55,909 bases of DNA, filler included, from Stramenopiles sp. TOSAG23-3 (GCA_900128585.1; 4 parts of 4 records of this genome joined end to end with filler, not necessarily neighbours in it); one strand, 5' to 3'; positions 10,424-21,396 are shown, counted from the whole stretch's first letter. Notes: a model not told the origin generated them from the sequence alone. Made by a program: numbers and translations.

Positions 10424-12754
10424 ATGCGGAGTTGGAAGGAATGGGTTCCGCCTTGGGAAAAGAAGAAGTTGAGGCGGAAACGTGCTCAGGCAAAGGCAAG
10501 GGCGAAGTATGCGGCCTCGGGTGACCAAAACAGTGCAGCAAAGCAACGTTGTAGTGGTTTGAAGCGGGAGCATCCGGCCAGAAACGTTTCTGGAGGAAAG
10601 AAAAATAGAGTTCCGTTCAAAGACGTAGACCGTCCGAACCAAAAGCAACATGTGGTCAGCGTGGGTACTTTGGGAGGGGAGTTTTCAACGAACATGTTCC
10701 CTCCGCTGCCGAGGGCCCAAACGGCTTCGCCCCCTCCCCCGTTGCGATTACAGACCAGGCAAGCCCCATTTTTGAAACGTTCCTCTGCGAAACATGTTGT
10801 GCAGCGAAAGTCACAGTTGGACGACACGCTCATATCCTCCAAAGACCTTGCACGAGAGGACGAGGATTATGGGTACAACGAAAAAACGGGAAGTTATTAC
10901 ACGAAAACGAGACCGTACGAAAATATTTACAACAAACAAAATCAATATACAATACAGAGTGGGAGATATGGGCGGGCCGAATCTTTGTCTAGGAACCACA
11001 CCACCCGATTTTTTGAGAGTTCGCGAACGGTCCAAACGCCCGCGGCGGCAAAAGAAGCTGGGGTCTACAAAGCAAAGAAGAAGATGCGCATACGGCAGTA
11101 TAACGTTCCCCATTCGCCGGTCCACCACCGTCAATTGAACGGCAGTGTAGACCCATTAGGACGCGCCTCGTTCCAATCAAAGACGTTAAACGAGTATGCG
11201 GACAAAGCTCTAAAACTACCGGTATCAGAAGAGACCAGGGAGCAGTTCGACTCCCAGCTTGAGCAGTACAAGGTCGGTTTGGCCGAAAGAGCGGTGCTGG
11301 GAGACCGTGCGCGGAGCGACTACTACCGGCTCTACGCCCAAGGGAAGACGATGGCACAGCTGGAAACCAAGGCGAGGACGCTGAGGAAAATGTTCCTCTA
11401 CGAACGCTTCTTTGCGTACTGGAAACGAAAACATTACCGTTGCAAAAAAGCCATCAAGGTGCACCAGCGTGCTCATTGGCACCGGGTCGCCCGGGTGATT
11501 CTGAACTGGAAGGGTTTCGCAAAGGAGTGCGCAACGGCGAAACTGAAAGTAGCTCTCTTTGGCCAATCCTGTTTCCAACGAATAAAAGTGGTCCGGGAAA
11601 CCCGTATGGCGAAACGAATACAAAAGTGGTGGCAGGTCACCTGTGCGTTGCGGAGACTGGTACTAAGGGAGGACCATGGCAAAAAGATGGATGCCTTCAT
11701 GCAAAATGCCGCAGAGAAGATGCACAGTTTGCGCGTGTGTTTTGTCCAACTGGCAACGTTCTGGTACTCGAGAAAGATGTGGCGGAAGAAATTCCAAGAT
11801 CGCCGCTTAATGTTTGCGAAGCGATATTTTCAGGCGTTCAAGGTGTCCATGCGGACAGAAATTTCAAAGAGAAACCACTTAAAGTTTCATTACCGGCACA
11901 GCCATGGTGCATTTGTGGTGGAATTGAGACGGGCGTACACCGTGAGGCGGCGCCGTGTCCGCGGGAAAAAAATGCTTACCGTACAGTGCGCAGCACGGTG
12001 CTGGTTTGCAAGAAGAGAATATGCCAAGAATAAGAAATGGCGCGCTATGCTCAGGGACCTAATGCAGCGAAGCGCGGGGCGAATTCTGGCCGAAAATTGG
12101 GCTTCAGCGCAGTACTACTTTGACGGCTGGACGCAGTATGTGTTGAGGTCCAAACGAATAAAGTCGTTTCAGAAGCAGTTGCTTTTTGATCGCATGAGGC
12201 AGTCAATGGGGGGGGTGTTTACAGCCTGGAAGCAATTGCATGCCGTCTTGCAGGCAGAGAAACTTGTTGCCGTGCGAAAAATACAGCGGTTCATTAGGCG
12301 GTACCAGGCTTCAAAATTGCGAGAAATGATTATGCTAGCGACGAAATTCAACAAGAAAGCCGAGGCGGATGGCCAACGTTTATTGGATGAGGAAGCGGCA
12401 CGAAACAGGTCGAAGGCCCCAACAAAGCAAAGGTTTCGGTTGCCAACATCGCAGCTCTATAGCCCATTCCTGGCAAAACTGACGGACGCTTTGCAAGACG
12501 TTAAGGAATGCGAAGAACCATACTTCGACACTGCAATTTTGTCAACAGGTCAGCAGTATCCCCAACGCTTCGTTATGAAGACGCAGCGTAACTATTTAGT
12601 GGACATGATAGAAAGGCACATCAAAGAGGAGAAATTGCGGCTTCGAAAGCGGCGAAGAAGATCCTCGACGATGTGGCAAACCCGACTGAAAGAAGTAAGT
12701 GAAGGACGGCCGACCCCAATGGGGGTCGGCCCTTTGGAAAGGGGGCATTGGTAG
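10424..12754 (+). CDS. Basic helical protein with IQ motifs and Sfi1-like (F..WK) repeats; probable calmodulin/centrin binder
   Basis: FFAYWKRK, ILNWKGF, IQKWWQ, VQCAARCWFARR, YFDGWTQY, VFTAWKQL, IQRFIRRY. First ATG at 10424. Confidence 0.7.
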   Translation: MRSWKEWVPPWEKKKLRRKRAQAKARAKYAASGDQNSAAKQRCSGLKREHPARNVSGGKKNRVPFKDVDRPNQKQHVVSVGTLGGEFSTNMFPPLPRAQTASPPPPLRLQTRQAPFLKRSSAKHVVQRKSQLDDTLISSKDLAREDEDYGYNEKTGSYYTKTRPYENIYNKQNQYTIQSGRYGRAESLSRNHTTRFFESSRTVQTPAAAKEAGVYKAKKKMRIRQYNVPHSPVHHRQLNGSVDPLGRASFQSKTLNEYADKALKLPVSEETREQFDSQLEQYKVGLAERAVLGDRARSDYYRLYAQGKTMAQLETKARTLRKMFLYERFFAYWKRKHYRCKKAIKVHQRAHWHRVARVILNWKGFAKECATAKLKVALFGQSCFQRIKVVRETRMAKRIQKWWQVTCALRRLVLREDHGKKMDAFMQNAAEKMHSLRVCFVQLATFWYSRKMWRKKFQDRRLMFAKRYFQAFKVSMRTEISKRNHLKFHYRHSHGAFVVELRRAYTVRRRRVRGKKMLTVQCAARCWFARREYAKNKKWRAMLRDLMQRSAGRILAENWASAQYYFDGWTQYVLRSKRIKSFQKQLLFDRMRQSMGGVFTAWKQLHAVLQAEKLVAVRKIQRFIRRYQASKLREMIMLATKFNKKAEADGQRLLDEEAARNRSKAPTKQRFRLPTSQLYSPFLAKLTDALQDVKECEEPYFDTAILSTGQQYPQRFVMKTQRNYLVDMIERHIKEEKLRLRKRRRRSSTMWQTRLKEVSEGRPTPMGVGPLERGHW

Positions 12755-12982
12755 AGAGCGTGTGTGTCCACAAGGGTTAAAACGTGCGAAAAACCAATAG
12801 AAATATTGATAGATGTTTTGGTTTTTAAATTGCCACAATGCATCAACCATTTTTTGAAAACAAGAAAATTGGCTGTTAACCATTTAAATTCATTTTACGT
12901 ATTGTACCCCGTTTCGCGGTCAACCCGCTGCTCCCTGGCTCGACATTTTTTGGAATTAATATTTTAAAATGAAATTAAAACC

Positions 12983-13897
12983 TTACCGTGTGGGCAAAAT
13001 GATGGAGTCTTCGTGATCCAATATTTTGCTAGATTCTTCGGCAATTGTTTGCACGATCGGTATTCTCATTTCTCGCATCCCGGTTATCTTTGCCCTATTT
13101 TGTTCCTGTCTAATTTTGCTGTGGAATTTAGATCGCTTTTTTAGCGGGGACTTCATCCCGCCCACGATTCCATTTTTATTCACAGCACTTGGTGGCATGC
13201 GGCGGTATTTTGGTTGGGTCCGACTGGGCTGTTCCAATTTTCCTAATTTGGAGCTTGGCCTGCCAGACAGGCTTGTTGCGTTCACGACGAACAGGTTTGG
13301 AGGCTTTGGTCTTTCTGTTGCAAGTTTCTTTCTATCTTTTGGCAGCGCTTTCATGTCGCGCGTTTGAACTCTATTTTTTCTTTTCGCGTTGCTGTCTGCC
13401 TTGTATTCCCGCACAAAAAAATTACAACTCCCTTCCGGGGGATCTTGTGACAGGATAGACCGTTTTTCAGCGGGCAACTTCTTGTATACTATCGAGTCTT
13501 CTGATGTTCCAATGATCTTGGGCCGTGATACAACTACTGGTGCAAACAGGGGGCGGTTGCTCACTACCACTAACTTTTTGTCCCGTGCAAAAATGCTCCT
13601 GCGGTGGCCCTCGCTGCTCTTCTTCTTGGCGTTCAGCCTTTTTATAATATTCTTGGACTCTTTCAATTCACCTTCAAAGTAGTTTGCATTTTCAAACGTT
13701 TCGATCGCTTCGCTGTACTGCCCTGATTGATGCTGTGCATAACCCCTCAGTCGCATTTCCTTCACCCGCTTGCTTTGTACCCCTGCTACTAAATCCGACA
13801 ACTGCGTGTTGTCATCTGCCAGAACGCCTACCGCCCGGAGCCATTCTGACCCCGTTGGGACCGGTTCTGACGAGTCCTCGTCCCTATCGTTCTCCAT
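12983..13897 (-). CDS. Hypothetical protein, possible single TPR-like helix pair, basic disordered C-terminus
   Basis: 304-aa ATG ORF in a GC-richer block; RGYAQHQSGQYSEAIETFENA is TPR-like. Confidence 0.65.
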   Translation of the reverse strand: MENDRDEDSSEPVPTGSEWLRAVGVLADDNTQLSDLVAGVQSKRVKEMRLRGYAQHQSGQYSEAIETFENANYFEGELKESKNIIKRLNAKKKSSEGHRRSIFARDKKLVVVSNRPLFAPVVVSRPKIIGTSEDSIVYKKLPAEKRSILSQDPPEGSCNFFVREYKADSNAKRKNRVQTRDMKALPKDRKKLATERPKPPNLFVVNATSLSGRPSSKLGKLEQPSRTQPKYRRMPPSAVNKNGIVGGMKSPLKKRSKFHSKIRQEQNRAKITGMREMRIPIVQTIAEESSKILDHEDSIILPTR

Positions 13898-15094
13898 ACA
13901 ACTGCACCCTACTGGTGGTAAAATAGACGTATATAATATTCCCTTGCCACTGCGAGGATATAGAACGAGCGTAACCGTCGATTAGTATATGTTGGAAGAT
14001 GTCTCGTTCGTGGGATACATGGGAGTGAAAAAAGCGGAAATTCAAGACGTATTACAACTGTTTCTTCCCTTGTCGTCAAACAACAGATTGTAGCTAGTTG
14101 TGTGCAAATCAAAACAACTACTCTTCTTTTAGAAGAAAGAAAGAAAGAAAGAGTCGAAAGAAAGAAGAAGAACAAAGGCGGTAGTATAGAAGGGTGAATG
14201 AAAATCGTTATTGCCATGCCACAGAGATTTTGGAATATTTTATGCCCCCATATCAGCCTGCTACCATACCGAGATCTATAACCCTCCCTGTAATTATGTT
14301 AAAATTCTACCAACCTTTTTCCGTTTTTCTTTTCTGTTTGAAATAGTTTATAACATGAATGTATCATTGATATTAATTAAGGTATTATATATATATATTT
14401 CCTATCATAATATTTATTTTATAATGGATAACAATGTAAAAATAATCTGCATAAACCGACCAAATGTATTTCAAGAAGAAAACAAATCCTAAAGTATTGA
14501 GTCTTGAGATAGAAATAATTGGACTGGGGGAGCAATTAAGATAAATATTTGATAGGGTAGTTTATGTAAAATATCATAATAGTATAATTATATTAAAGAG
14601 TTTAAGTTTAAGTTTATCTAGTAATTATATATATTCTAATTGTAGTTATAGAAATTGTATTCTTTATTAAATACAACTATGATTTATTATACCACCAATT
14701 AATTATTAATAATTATTCTTCATTCTTTCTTCATTCTTCAATCTTCACGATAAATTTGGAAGAAAAAAAGGCATTTCTTGTTCCTTGTTTAATTGGATCA
14801 ATTGTTACTTTTAAAACGAAAGGGAAGGGAAGATTTTCATTCATTTGTCTCTTTGTGTGATTGGTTGGTGTGATTTTTCTTGTGTCCTATTATACATTGA
14901 ATAGATAAAGGAATTTATTGTTGTACAATATATTTATAGACAGTGGATTCTTGCTCCTCCCTCGCCGTACTCGTCAAGTAAGGGGATCTTGTGTTTGGAC
15001 ACTGTTTGACTGTGTATATTTGCTCGCCTTCGTAATCGGCAGTTTTTGTTTGTATTGCTTATTTTTAGTTGAGAACAGTTAGAATTGTTGTAAG

Positions 15095-15310
15095 ATGGGG
15101 AACATGTGCGCTGGTGATCGGACGGAAGAAGACGGGGAGAGTAAGCCGAATATAAAGTTAAAGTCTACTCCCAGCTCAGAGGACACGCCGGAACGAAAGA
15201 AAAGTGGTGGAAGCGGCGCGGTTATTTCCAGGGTCAACATCTCCGAACTAGAACCAACCAACGATGGGCAAGCGGAGGGGAATAGAGAAATAAAAAATTC
15301 AGATTTATGA
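15095..15310 (+). CDS. Small protein (or first exon) with N-terminal MGNxC dual-acylation motif
   Basis: 71-aa ORF MGNMCAG... in coding-like composition, downstream of an AT-rich promoter-like region. Confidence 0.5.
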   Translation: MGNMCAGDRTEEDGESKPNIKLKSTPSSEDTPERKKSGGSGAVISRVNISELEPTNDGQAEGNREIKNSDL

Positions 15311-15680
15311 TGCATGTGAGATGCCTGTAAATAAATGTTGCCGTTCAGTAGAAGAGCAAGATGTTAGGGGGGGGGGGGGCTGTTCGCTCTCACCGAGGAA
15401 CACGCCGCCGTGGAAGCATTCGCTGTGCAGACTCTAGCAAGAAAGAATCCGAGAGAGATTGGTTTAATAGTGGGTCTGTGTTGCAGTTTCGTTTAAAGTT
15501 AGTCCCCTTTGTGCAAATGAAGAACGTCTCAAAATTGTTGTACTTTGTGCAGATACACGTGTAATAAAAAATAATATTTGATGTGTAGTGTTTGTTGCGT
15601 TTGTTAATTTCACACATCTCAAAAACAACTTACCTCCTCCAAAATATTTACAAATCGCTGAACGACGGGAAGAAGCCCGA

Positions 15681-16838
15681 TCAACAACACAAAGAGCAAC
15701 TCCGTTTGCAGTCGAAGCAACATTCGTGGCAACATTCGCCGCACGAACGGGCATGGGCCACCCAAACAATTACTTTGTGGTCCCCTGCCCCTGTGGCCAA
15801 GCGGTAATTATCCTTGGACCAATCGATCGACAACACCCATCCCCGATGCATGCCGACATAATGAACGAGCTCAAGCCGCTTCTTCGTATCCCACACGATA
15901 ACGCGCCCGTCGTGCCCGCATGACACGAGGAGCCGGCCTTTGTTGCACTCACCGCTAAACTTTACATCGTAAACTATATCTTTATGGCCCTTCAACGTGC
16001 TGGCGCACCTTCCATTTTCGACGTCCCACATTTTCACCGTTTTGTCATGGGAAGCCGATGCAAAAAAAGTCATGTCGTACCGCCATGCGACGGACAGCAC
16101 TGGTTCACGGTGGCCCGTGTAGTTCATCAACATGTCGCCCGTAGCAGCGTTCCAGCGCTTTATGGTTAAGTCTTCCGAGCACGTTAAGAACTGCTGCCCG
16201 TCTGGGGAGAATACTATCTTAAATATATAGTCCGAATGCCCGTCGTAATTGTCGGGCGCTCCCTTTATCGTATACACCTGTGCTGCATTCCCTTCCTTCC
16301 ATAGTAGATTCTGCGTCGCCCTCTTCAAATCCCAAACTTTAATGGTTTTGTCTTTGCTACAAGATAGCATTCTGGTGTTGTCGGGGGAGACGGTGATCCC
16401 CATGACCACGTCCGTGTGTCCTGAGAATGTGTGCAGCACGGCGAATGCACTCCAAACAAACGTTTTACGCGTGCTCCATATCATAATGGTTTTGTCTGCG
16501 GACGCAGTTAACAGAAAATTCCCGTCGTTGGTCCACGCTATGTCCATAACCCACCCGGCGTGCTCTTTCAAAGTTCGAACTTGTTGGCCATTTCTGATGT
16601 CCCACACAATCGCCGACATGTCATGGGAACACGTTGCCAGCAAATCGCCGTACAAAGGCTCAAATTTGCAGGCATAAACAGCTTTCTTGTGCCCGCGCAA
16701 GGTCGATTCCTGTACAAAAGATCGCACTTGTTGCGCTAAAATCTTCGGCCTGTGGCGGACCAGGCCAGAAAAGTCTGGCAATGCTACACCGCCGTCTTTT
16801 GCCTGGCCAGTGTTCACTGCATACTTACCACCTGACAT
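15681..16838 (-). CDS. WD40 beta-propeller (~7 repeats) with Cys-rich C-terminal tail
   Basis: Repeated GH...V....FS/W....L.S.S.D.TIK.WD units; ends CGECCHECCFDCKRSCSLCC*. ATG at 16838. Confidence 0.92.
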   Translation of the reverse strand: MSGGKYAVNTGQAKDGGVALPDFSGLVRHRPKILAQQVRSFVQESTLRGHKKAVYACKFEPLYGDLLATCSHDMSAIVWDIRNGQQVRTLKEHAGWVMDIAWTNDGNFLLTASADKTIMIWSTRKTFVWSAFAVLHTFSGHTDVVMGITVSPDNTRMLSCSKDKTIKVWDLKRATQNLLWKEGNAAQVYTIKGAPDNYDGHSDYIFKIVFSPDGQQFLTCSEDLTIKRWNAATGDMLMNYTGHREPVLSVAWRYDMTFFASASHDKTVKMWDVENGRCASTLKGHKDIVYDVKFSGECNKGRLLVSCGHDGRVIVWDTKKRLELVHYVGMHRGWVLSIDWSKDNYRLATGAGDHKVIVWVAHARSCGECCHECCFDCKRSCSLCC

Positions 16839-17438
16839 CGCATTATCTTGCTGCTTGAGTTGGGCGGACTCCTTTTTCTTTAAAAATAATCCAACTTGGT
16901 GACTATAATAGAAATTGTTTAAATTGTTTAAAAACAACTTTGATTTTGAAACTTACCGTTATTCCACGAAAGAGAGAACAAGAACTAACAAACACAAACA
17001 ACCATCATCATCGTTTCGTCGTCGTCGCTTACTACTACTACTTTTTCTTCCTCCCTCCAGTCCTGCTCTGTTCCTGTTGTTGTATCTTCCTCCTTGATTT
17101 TAATTCACAACAACAAAAAATAATAATAAATAAATAAATACTGCTGTAGTATTTTATAATAATTAATTATTGGAAGAAAAAAATGCTTCGTTCGTTTCTT
17201 TCGTTCTTTCGTTCGTTGTGTTCTTCGATTCTTTCTTCATTCGTTTTTTATTGTTATGTTGGTTCGTTTATTTATTTATAAATAATATAATAATGATGCG
17301 GTTATTTTTTGTCATCGAACTGTTGCTGTTGTTGTTGCTGTTGTTGTTCTTATCTCAAGGTAGAAGCAAGCTGTCCATTATTGTCTTCTTCAGATTAATG
17401 CTTTCTTTTCCACCGTGTGTGTGTTGTGTGTTTGTGTT

Positions 17439-17710
17439 AGAAGAAGAAAGAAGAAAGAAACAAGAAGAAGATGAAAGAAGAAGAAGAAGAAGAAGAAGAA
17501 AGAAGAGAAAGAAGAAGAAAAAGAAAGAAGAAGAAAGAAGAAGAAAAAAAAGAAAGAAGAAGAAGAAGAAGAAGAAAGAAGAGAAAGAAGAAGAAGAAGA
17601 AGAAAGAAGAAGAAAAAGAAAGAAGAAGAAGAAAGAAGAAGAAGAAAGAAGAAGAAAGAAAAAGAAAGAAGAAGAAGAAAGAAGAAGAAAAGAAGAAGAA
17701 AAAAAAAAAG
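17439..17710. repeat. Imperfect (GAA)n microsatellite
   Basis: Seen directly; lies in a divergent intergenic region. Confidence 0.97.
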
Positions 17711-17947
17711 ATATTATTATTATTTTATTTATTATTAATTCTTCTCTCTCTTTCTTCTTCCAATATCTCAAAAAAGTTCAATGTTCAATCTGAAACAACG
17801 GTGATTCATTTTCTGAATAGAAAATATTTCAAAGCCTGAGGTAGGATGATTTTACATTCATATGTAAGGTATAGAATGCGATATTTACTCATTGGGTTAT
17901 TGTTTGTCTTTAGTAACTGTTTACGTGTTGCAAATTGTTCGGAAAAT

Positions 17948-19003
17948 ATGATGAAGAAGACCGTACGAACAATGATGCGGGCTGTGCAAGTATCCAAATT
18001 TGGTGGCCCCTCGGTGCTCGAAGTACAATCGAACGTTCCTGTTCCAACGCCTGGGCCGAATGATGTCCTGGTCAACGTGAAGTGTGCGGGAATAAATCCT
18101 GTAGAAACATACATGCGCCAAGGGTCTTATGCGCGACTCCCCCCTTTGCCTTGGACCCCAGGAAATGATGGCGCGGGCATTGTTGCCGCTGTCGGAGCAA
18201 ACGTTACTGACACGGAGCACTTGAAAGTTGGGCAAAGGGTGTGGATTGCGGGGTCGGCAACGGGTACATACGCCGAGTATTGCCTTTGCACAGAATCTCA
18301 GGTGAACCCTTTGCCGGACCATGTTTCATTTTCGCAAGGGGCGGCTGTGTTTGTCGCGTTCAAGACCGCATACAGGGCCTTATTTACTAGGATTCAAACC
18401 AAAGCGGGGTCAAACGTATTTGTTCATGGCGGATCGGGTGCCGTCGGAACTGCGGCCGTACAGCTCGCGGTGGCCCACGGGTGTAAAGTTACGTCAACGG
18501 CTGGCACAGATAATGGGATGGCAATCCTGAAGGCCCTAGGCGCCAAGGCGTACAACCATCGGAAAGACAACTACGTCGAAGAAATCTTGAAGGACCACCC
18601 GGAAAAGTTTGATGTTGTTATAGAAATGCTGGCGAATGTGAATTTGGATTCCGACATGGATTTGATAGCCTACAGGGGGGCAATCGTTGTAGTCGGCAAT
18701 CGTGGGACGATAGATAACATCAACCCACGAAAGCTAATGATGACCGAAGGCAGCATTGTTGGGCTGCTGGCCGCCCCAGAAGAAGAACTAAGTGCTGCCA
18801 TTGCGGGAATCAACGGTGGGCTCAGGAGCGGGGCCCTGAAACCAATAGTTGGGCCCGTCTTCGAATTGGACGACGCCCCTCAAGCACACGTCGAAGTCAT
18901 TGAGCACAAAAATGGGTCGTCTGGAAAGATCGTGCTGTCCATGATGAGCGCAGAGGAGCTCGAGAAGGACAGAGCGATAAACGATATGGCGTGTAAGTTG
19001 TAA
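17948..19003 (+). CDS. CRYZ: NADPH:quinone oxidoreductase, zeta-crystallin-like (MDR family), C-terminal PTS1-like CKL
   Basis: MRAVQVSKFGGPSVL, GINPVETYMRQG.Y, PWTPGNDGAG, VFVHGGSGAVG, DVVIEMLANVNL. Likely start is ATG 17948; upstream ATGs lie in AT-rich sequence. Confidence 0.92.
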   Translation: MMKKTVRTMMRAVQVSKFGGPSVLEVQSNVPVPTPGPNDVLVNVKCAGINPVETYMRQGSYARLPPLPWTPGNDGAGIVAAVGANVTDTEHLKVGQRVWIAGSATGTYAEYCLCTESQVNPLPDHVSFSQGAAVFVAFKTAYRALFTRIQTKAGSNVFVHGGSGAVGTAAVQLAVAHGCKVTSTAGTDNGMAILKALGAKAYNHRKDNYVEEILKDHPEKFDVVIEMLANVNLDSDMDLIAYRGAIVVVGNRGTIDNINPRKLMMTEGSIVGLLAAPEEELSAAIAGINGGLRSGALKPIVGPVFELDDAPQAHVEVIEHKNGSSGKIVLSMMSAEELEKDRAINDMACKL

Positions 19004-19062
19004 AGATTAGTAATCGTTAAAAAAAATAGAGAGAGTTTCCCGTTCCCCCGCGCCTGTACAAA

Positions 19063-20244
19063 TTACATTAAGTACACTCTGGACCCCTCCTTATTCGTGT
19101 CACGGGAGGAGGACTCGTCCGTGCTGACAGTGTCCTTCGCGCCATCGTCCTGCCCCTTGCCTAACGTCTGCGCAAGCCCTTCCAAATCAAGCTTTACTTT
19201 GTACATCTTCCCATACAACTTCCCTGTTAGATACGTAATGCCGCTCGATGCATTGTGGGCAATCCCGTTCAAGCAGTCTTCCCCTCCGTACCTATCCCCA
19301 TCCTTCAAAAGTTTGGTAAAGTCATAATCTGCAACGATGAACCCTGTCTCCGGGTCAATGGCAATAATGTTGTCTTTGTACCAAATGTTTGCCAACACTA
19401 TCCCCTTTTGGTGCGTGCCGTTCTCGCCTTTCACCGGCACGGATATGTACTCTAGCTCGTTTATTTTTCTTACGTAGCCGCCATCATCTTGCACGCGCAC
19501 TCTGCGTGTCTCTGCTAGCGATTCCATGTCCCAGAAAAAGAGGTAATCGCTCCCATCGCTGGCAATTAATTCTTTCTTGTGAAAATCATGGGTCAGCCCC
19601 CACCCTTCTCTTCGCAACGTACGGAACTTAAAAGTATCAAGCTTCTTAAACGTCTTCAAATCAAAAATGAATCCAGTCTCACTTTTCCATGTTAGCACAT
19701 AGATTTTACCGTTCACTATTGTCATGCCTTCGCCAAAAAATCGGTTGCCGAGGCCGACGGATTTCAAGACCTTTCCTGTCGTAAGGTCGACGCGCCGTAG
19801 CGAAGAACGGCCCCCGTACAGTCCGGTGGTTTCGTACACGGTCTGCCTGGCCGGCGCATTGTTGCTCGTGGGGTTTGAGAATTCAAGGCCTTGGGTAAAC
19901 GCCCGTTTATCGTGCAAAAATTTGTCCAGGAATTCCCATCGAAGAGAAGGCGGCGGCGGCGGTCTCGGCGGTGTTGCCTTGGTGGTTGTGCGGTGTTTCC
20001 GCTTGCGTTTCTTCTTCTTCCTCCTCGTCGTCGGTGGCGGAGTCTTCCTCGTGGCCTTCTCCGTAGTTGTCCTTTCGGTCTTCAAAGACCGATCTTCCTT
20101 TGATAAATGTGTATTTGACACTATTTTGTTCGTTTTTTCTCCCGGTGTCAAAGTAAAGTACTGGTGGTATACGAAGAATACAATACACCCAGACAACAAC
20201 AGAAACAACAGCGATCGTGGCTTTAGAACTCGTTGCGTACACAT
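19063..20244 (-). CDS. Glutaminyl-peptide cyclotransferase (plant/bacterial five-bladed type), membrane-anchored
   Basis: HDKRAFTQGLEF, YETTGLYG.SSLRRV, FFGEGMT, EGWGLT, SDGSD, NELEY, ANIW and LNGIA motifs. N-terminal TM anchor followed by a basic/Pro-rich stalk. Confidence 0.93.
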   Translation of the reverse strand: MCTQRVLKPRSLLFLLLSGCIVFFVYHQYFTLTPGEKTNKIVSNTHLSKEDRSLKTERTTTEKATRKTPPPTTRRKKKKRKRKHRTTTKATPPRPPPPPSLRWEFLDKFLHDKRAFTQGLEFSNPTSNNAPARQTVYETTGLYGGRSSLRRVDLTTGKVLKSVGLGNRFFGEGMTIVNGKIYVLTWKSETGFIFDLKTFKKLDTFKFRTLRREGWGLTHDFHKKELIASDGSDYLFFWDMESLAETRRVRVQDDGGYVRKINELEYISVPVKGENGTHQKGIVLANIWYKDNIIAIDPETGFIVADYDFTKLLKDGDRYGGEDCLNGIAHNASSGITYLTGKLYGKMYKVKLDLEGLAQTLGKGQDDGAKDTVSTDESSSRDTNKEGSRVYLM

Positions 20245-20477
20245 TCTTCCACCCGGCAGTGTCCCAAATCACTATACCGAAAGCTCACACACAGCGCGCC
20301 GACAAATAATAACCCTTTCCCTTTAAAACGTACGAAAAACAACGATGGCAAATGCTCAATATCAATGAAACATATTAAACGCCTGAATCCCAATCCAATG
20401 CTTGATTCATCGTTCCTGTTTTTCTTTTTCTCTCATCATTTCTTTTCAAAGACTAATTGCATGAATGGGGACGAACA

Positions 20478-20827
20478 CTTCTTCTTCTTCCTTCTTCCTT
20501 CTTCTTTCTTCTTCTTTCTTCTTCTTTCTTCTTCTTTCTTCTTTCTTCTTCTTTCTTCTTCTTTCTTCTTCTTCTTCTCTTCTTCTTCTTCTTCTTCTTC
20601 ATTCTTCTTCTTCTTTCTTCTTCTTCTTCTTCTTCTTCTTTTTCTTCTTTCTTCTTCTTCTTCTTCTTCTTCTTCTTCTTCTTCTTTTTCTTCTTTCTTC
20701 TTCTTCTTCTTCTTCTTCTTCTTCTTCTTCTTCTTCTTCTTCCTTCTTCTTTCTTCTTCTTTCTTCTTTCTTCTTCTTTCTTCTTCTTCTTCTTCTTCTT
20801 CTTCTTCTTTTAATTCTTCTTCTTCTT
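20478..20827. repeat. Long imperfect (TTC)n microsatellite (~350 bp)
   Basis: Seen directly. Confidence 0.97.
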
Positions 20828-21396
20828 TTTTTTTTCCTTTTTAATTCGTGTTTACAATAGGGTTTAATTTGAAAGATTGGATTGACAATGATTAATAAAT
20901 AGGTAATTAATGTAGTATAATATTATAACTAAGTATAAATATAATGTATAGTAAATGTTAATAAATTACTATATAAATAATATTAAGTATAAATAATAAT
21001 CGTTCCTATTCTATGATCCTGTAATTGATAAAGAAGGAAGTATTTTTCCTTTCCTTCATCAAAAAGAGGGGAGAAAGTGGGCATATGGCATGCACGGCAA
21101 AAAAAACTTAAAAAATTTAACCGATGAAATTGAAGTATGGCCATAGGTATCATATAAAGAAACAAATTATAACATACCGAGAAGTGTGTTAATTACAAAA
21201 GCAAAGGTAGACAGAAGAAAGAAAGCGAGAGGGGAGTGATTGCGTGTAGAGGGATTTACGTCGTAGTGCTTTTTGTTATTCACATTTCATCAATATTTGA
21301 GTTTAAATTTATTTACACACACATATTTCGCTTTCTTTCTCTCAGATTGACATTCCTTGTTCGCAAGCCACCGGCGGAAAAACTCCCAGAGGAAAT

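Noticed and set aside
15308-15367. Stop-codon reassignment or readthrough to join the small ORF to its in-frame downstream segment
   Set aside because: The interval contains TGA, TAA and TAG, and all three serve as normal stops in conserved genes of this window.
17170-17839. Poly-Lys/Glu/Arg or poly-Phe/Ser/Leu ORFs (also 5803-6109, 20233-20860, 48477-48753, 51454-51657)
   Set aside because: Translations of GAA/TTC microsatellites, not genes.
19063-20244. Glutaminyl cyclase as a recent bacterial gene transfer
   Set aside because: This enzyme type is known from plants and several protists; composition matches neighbouring genes and it has a eukaryote-style membrane anchor.
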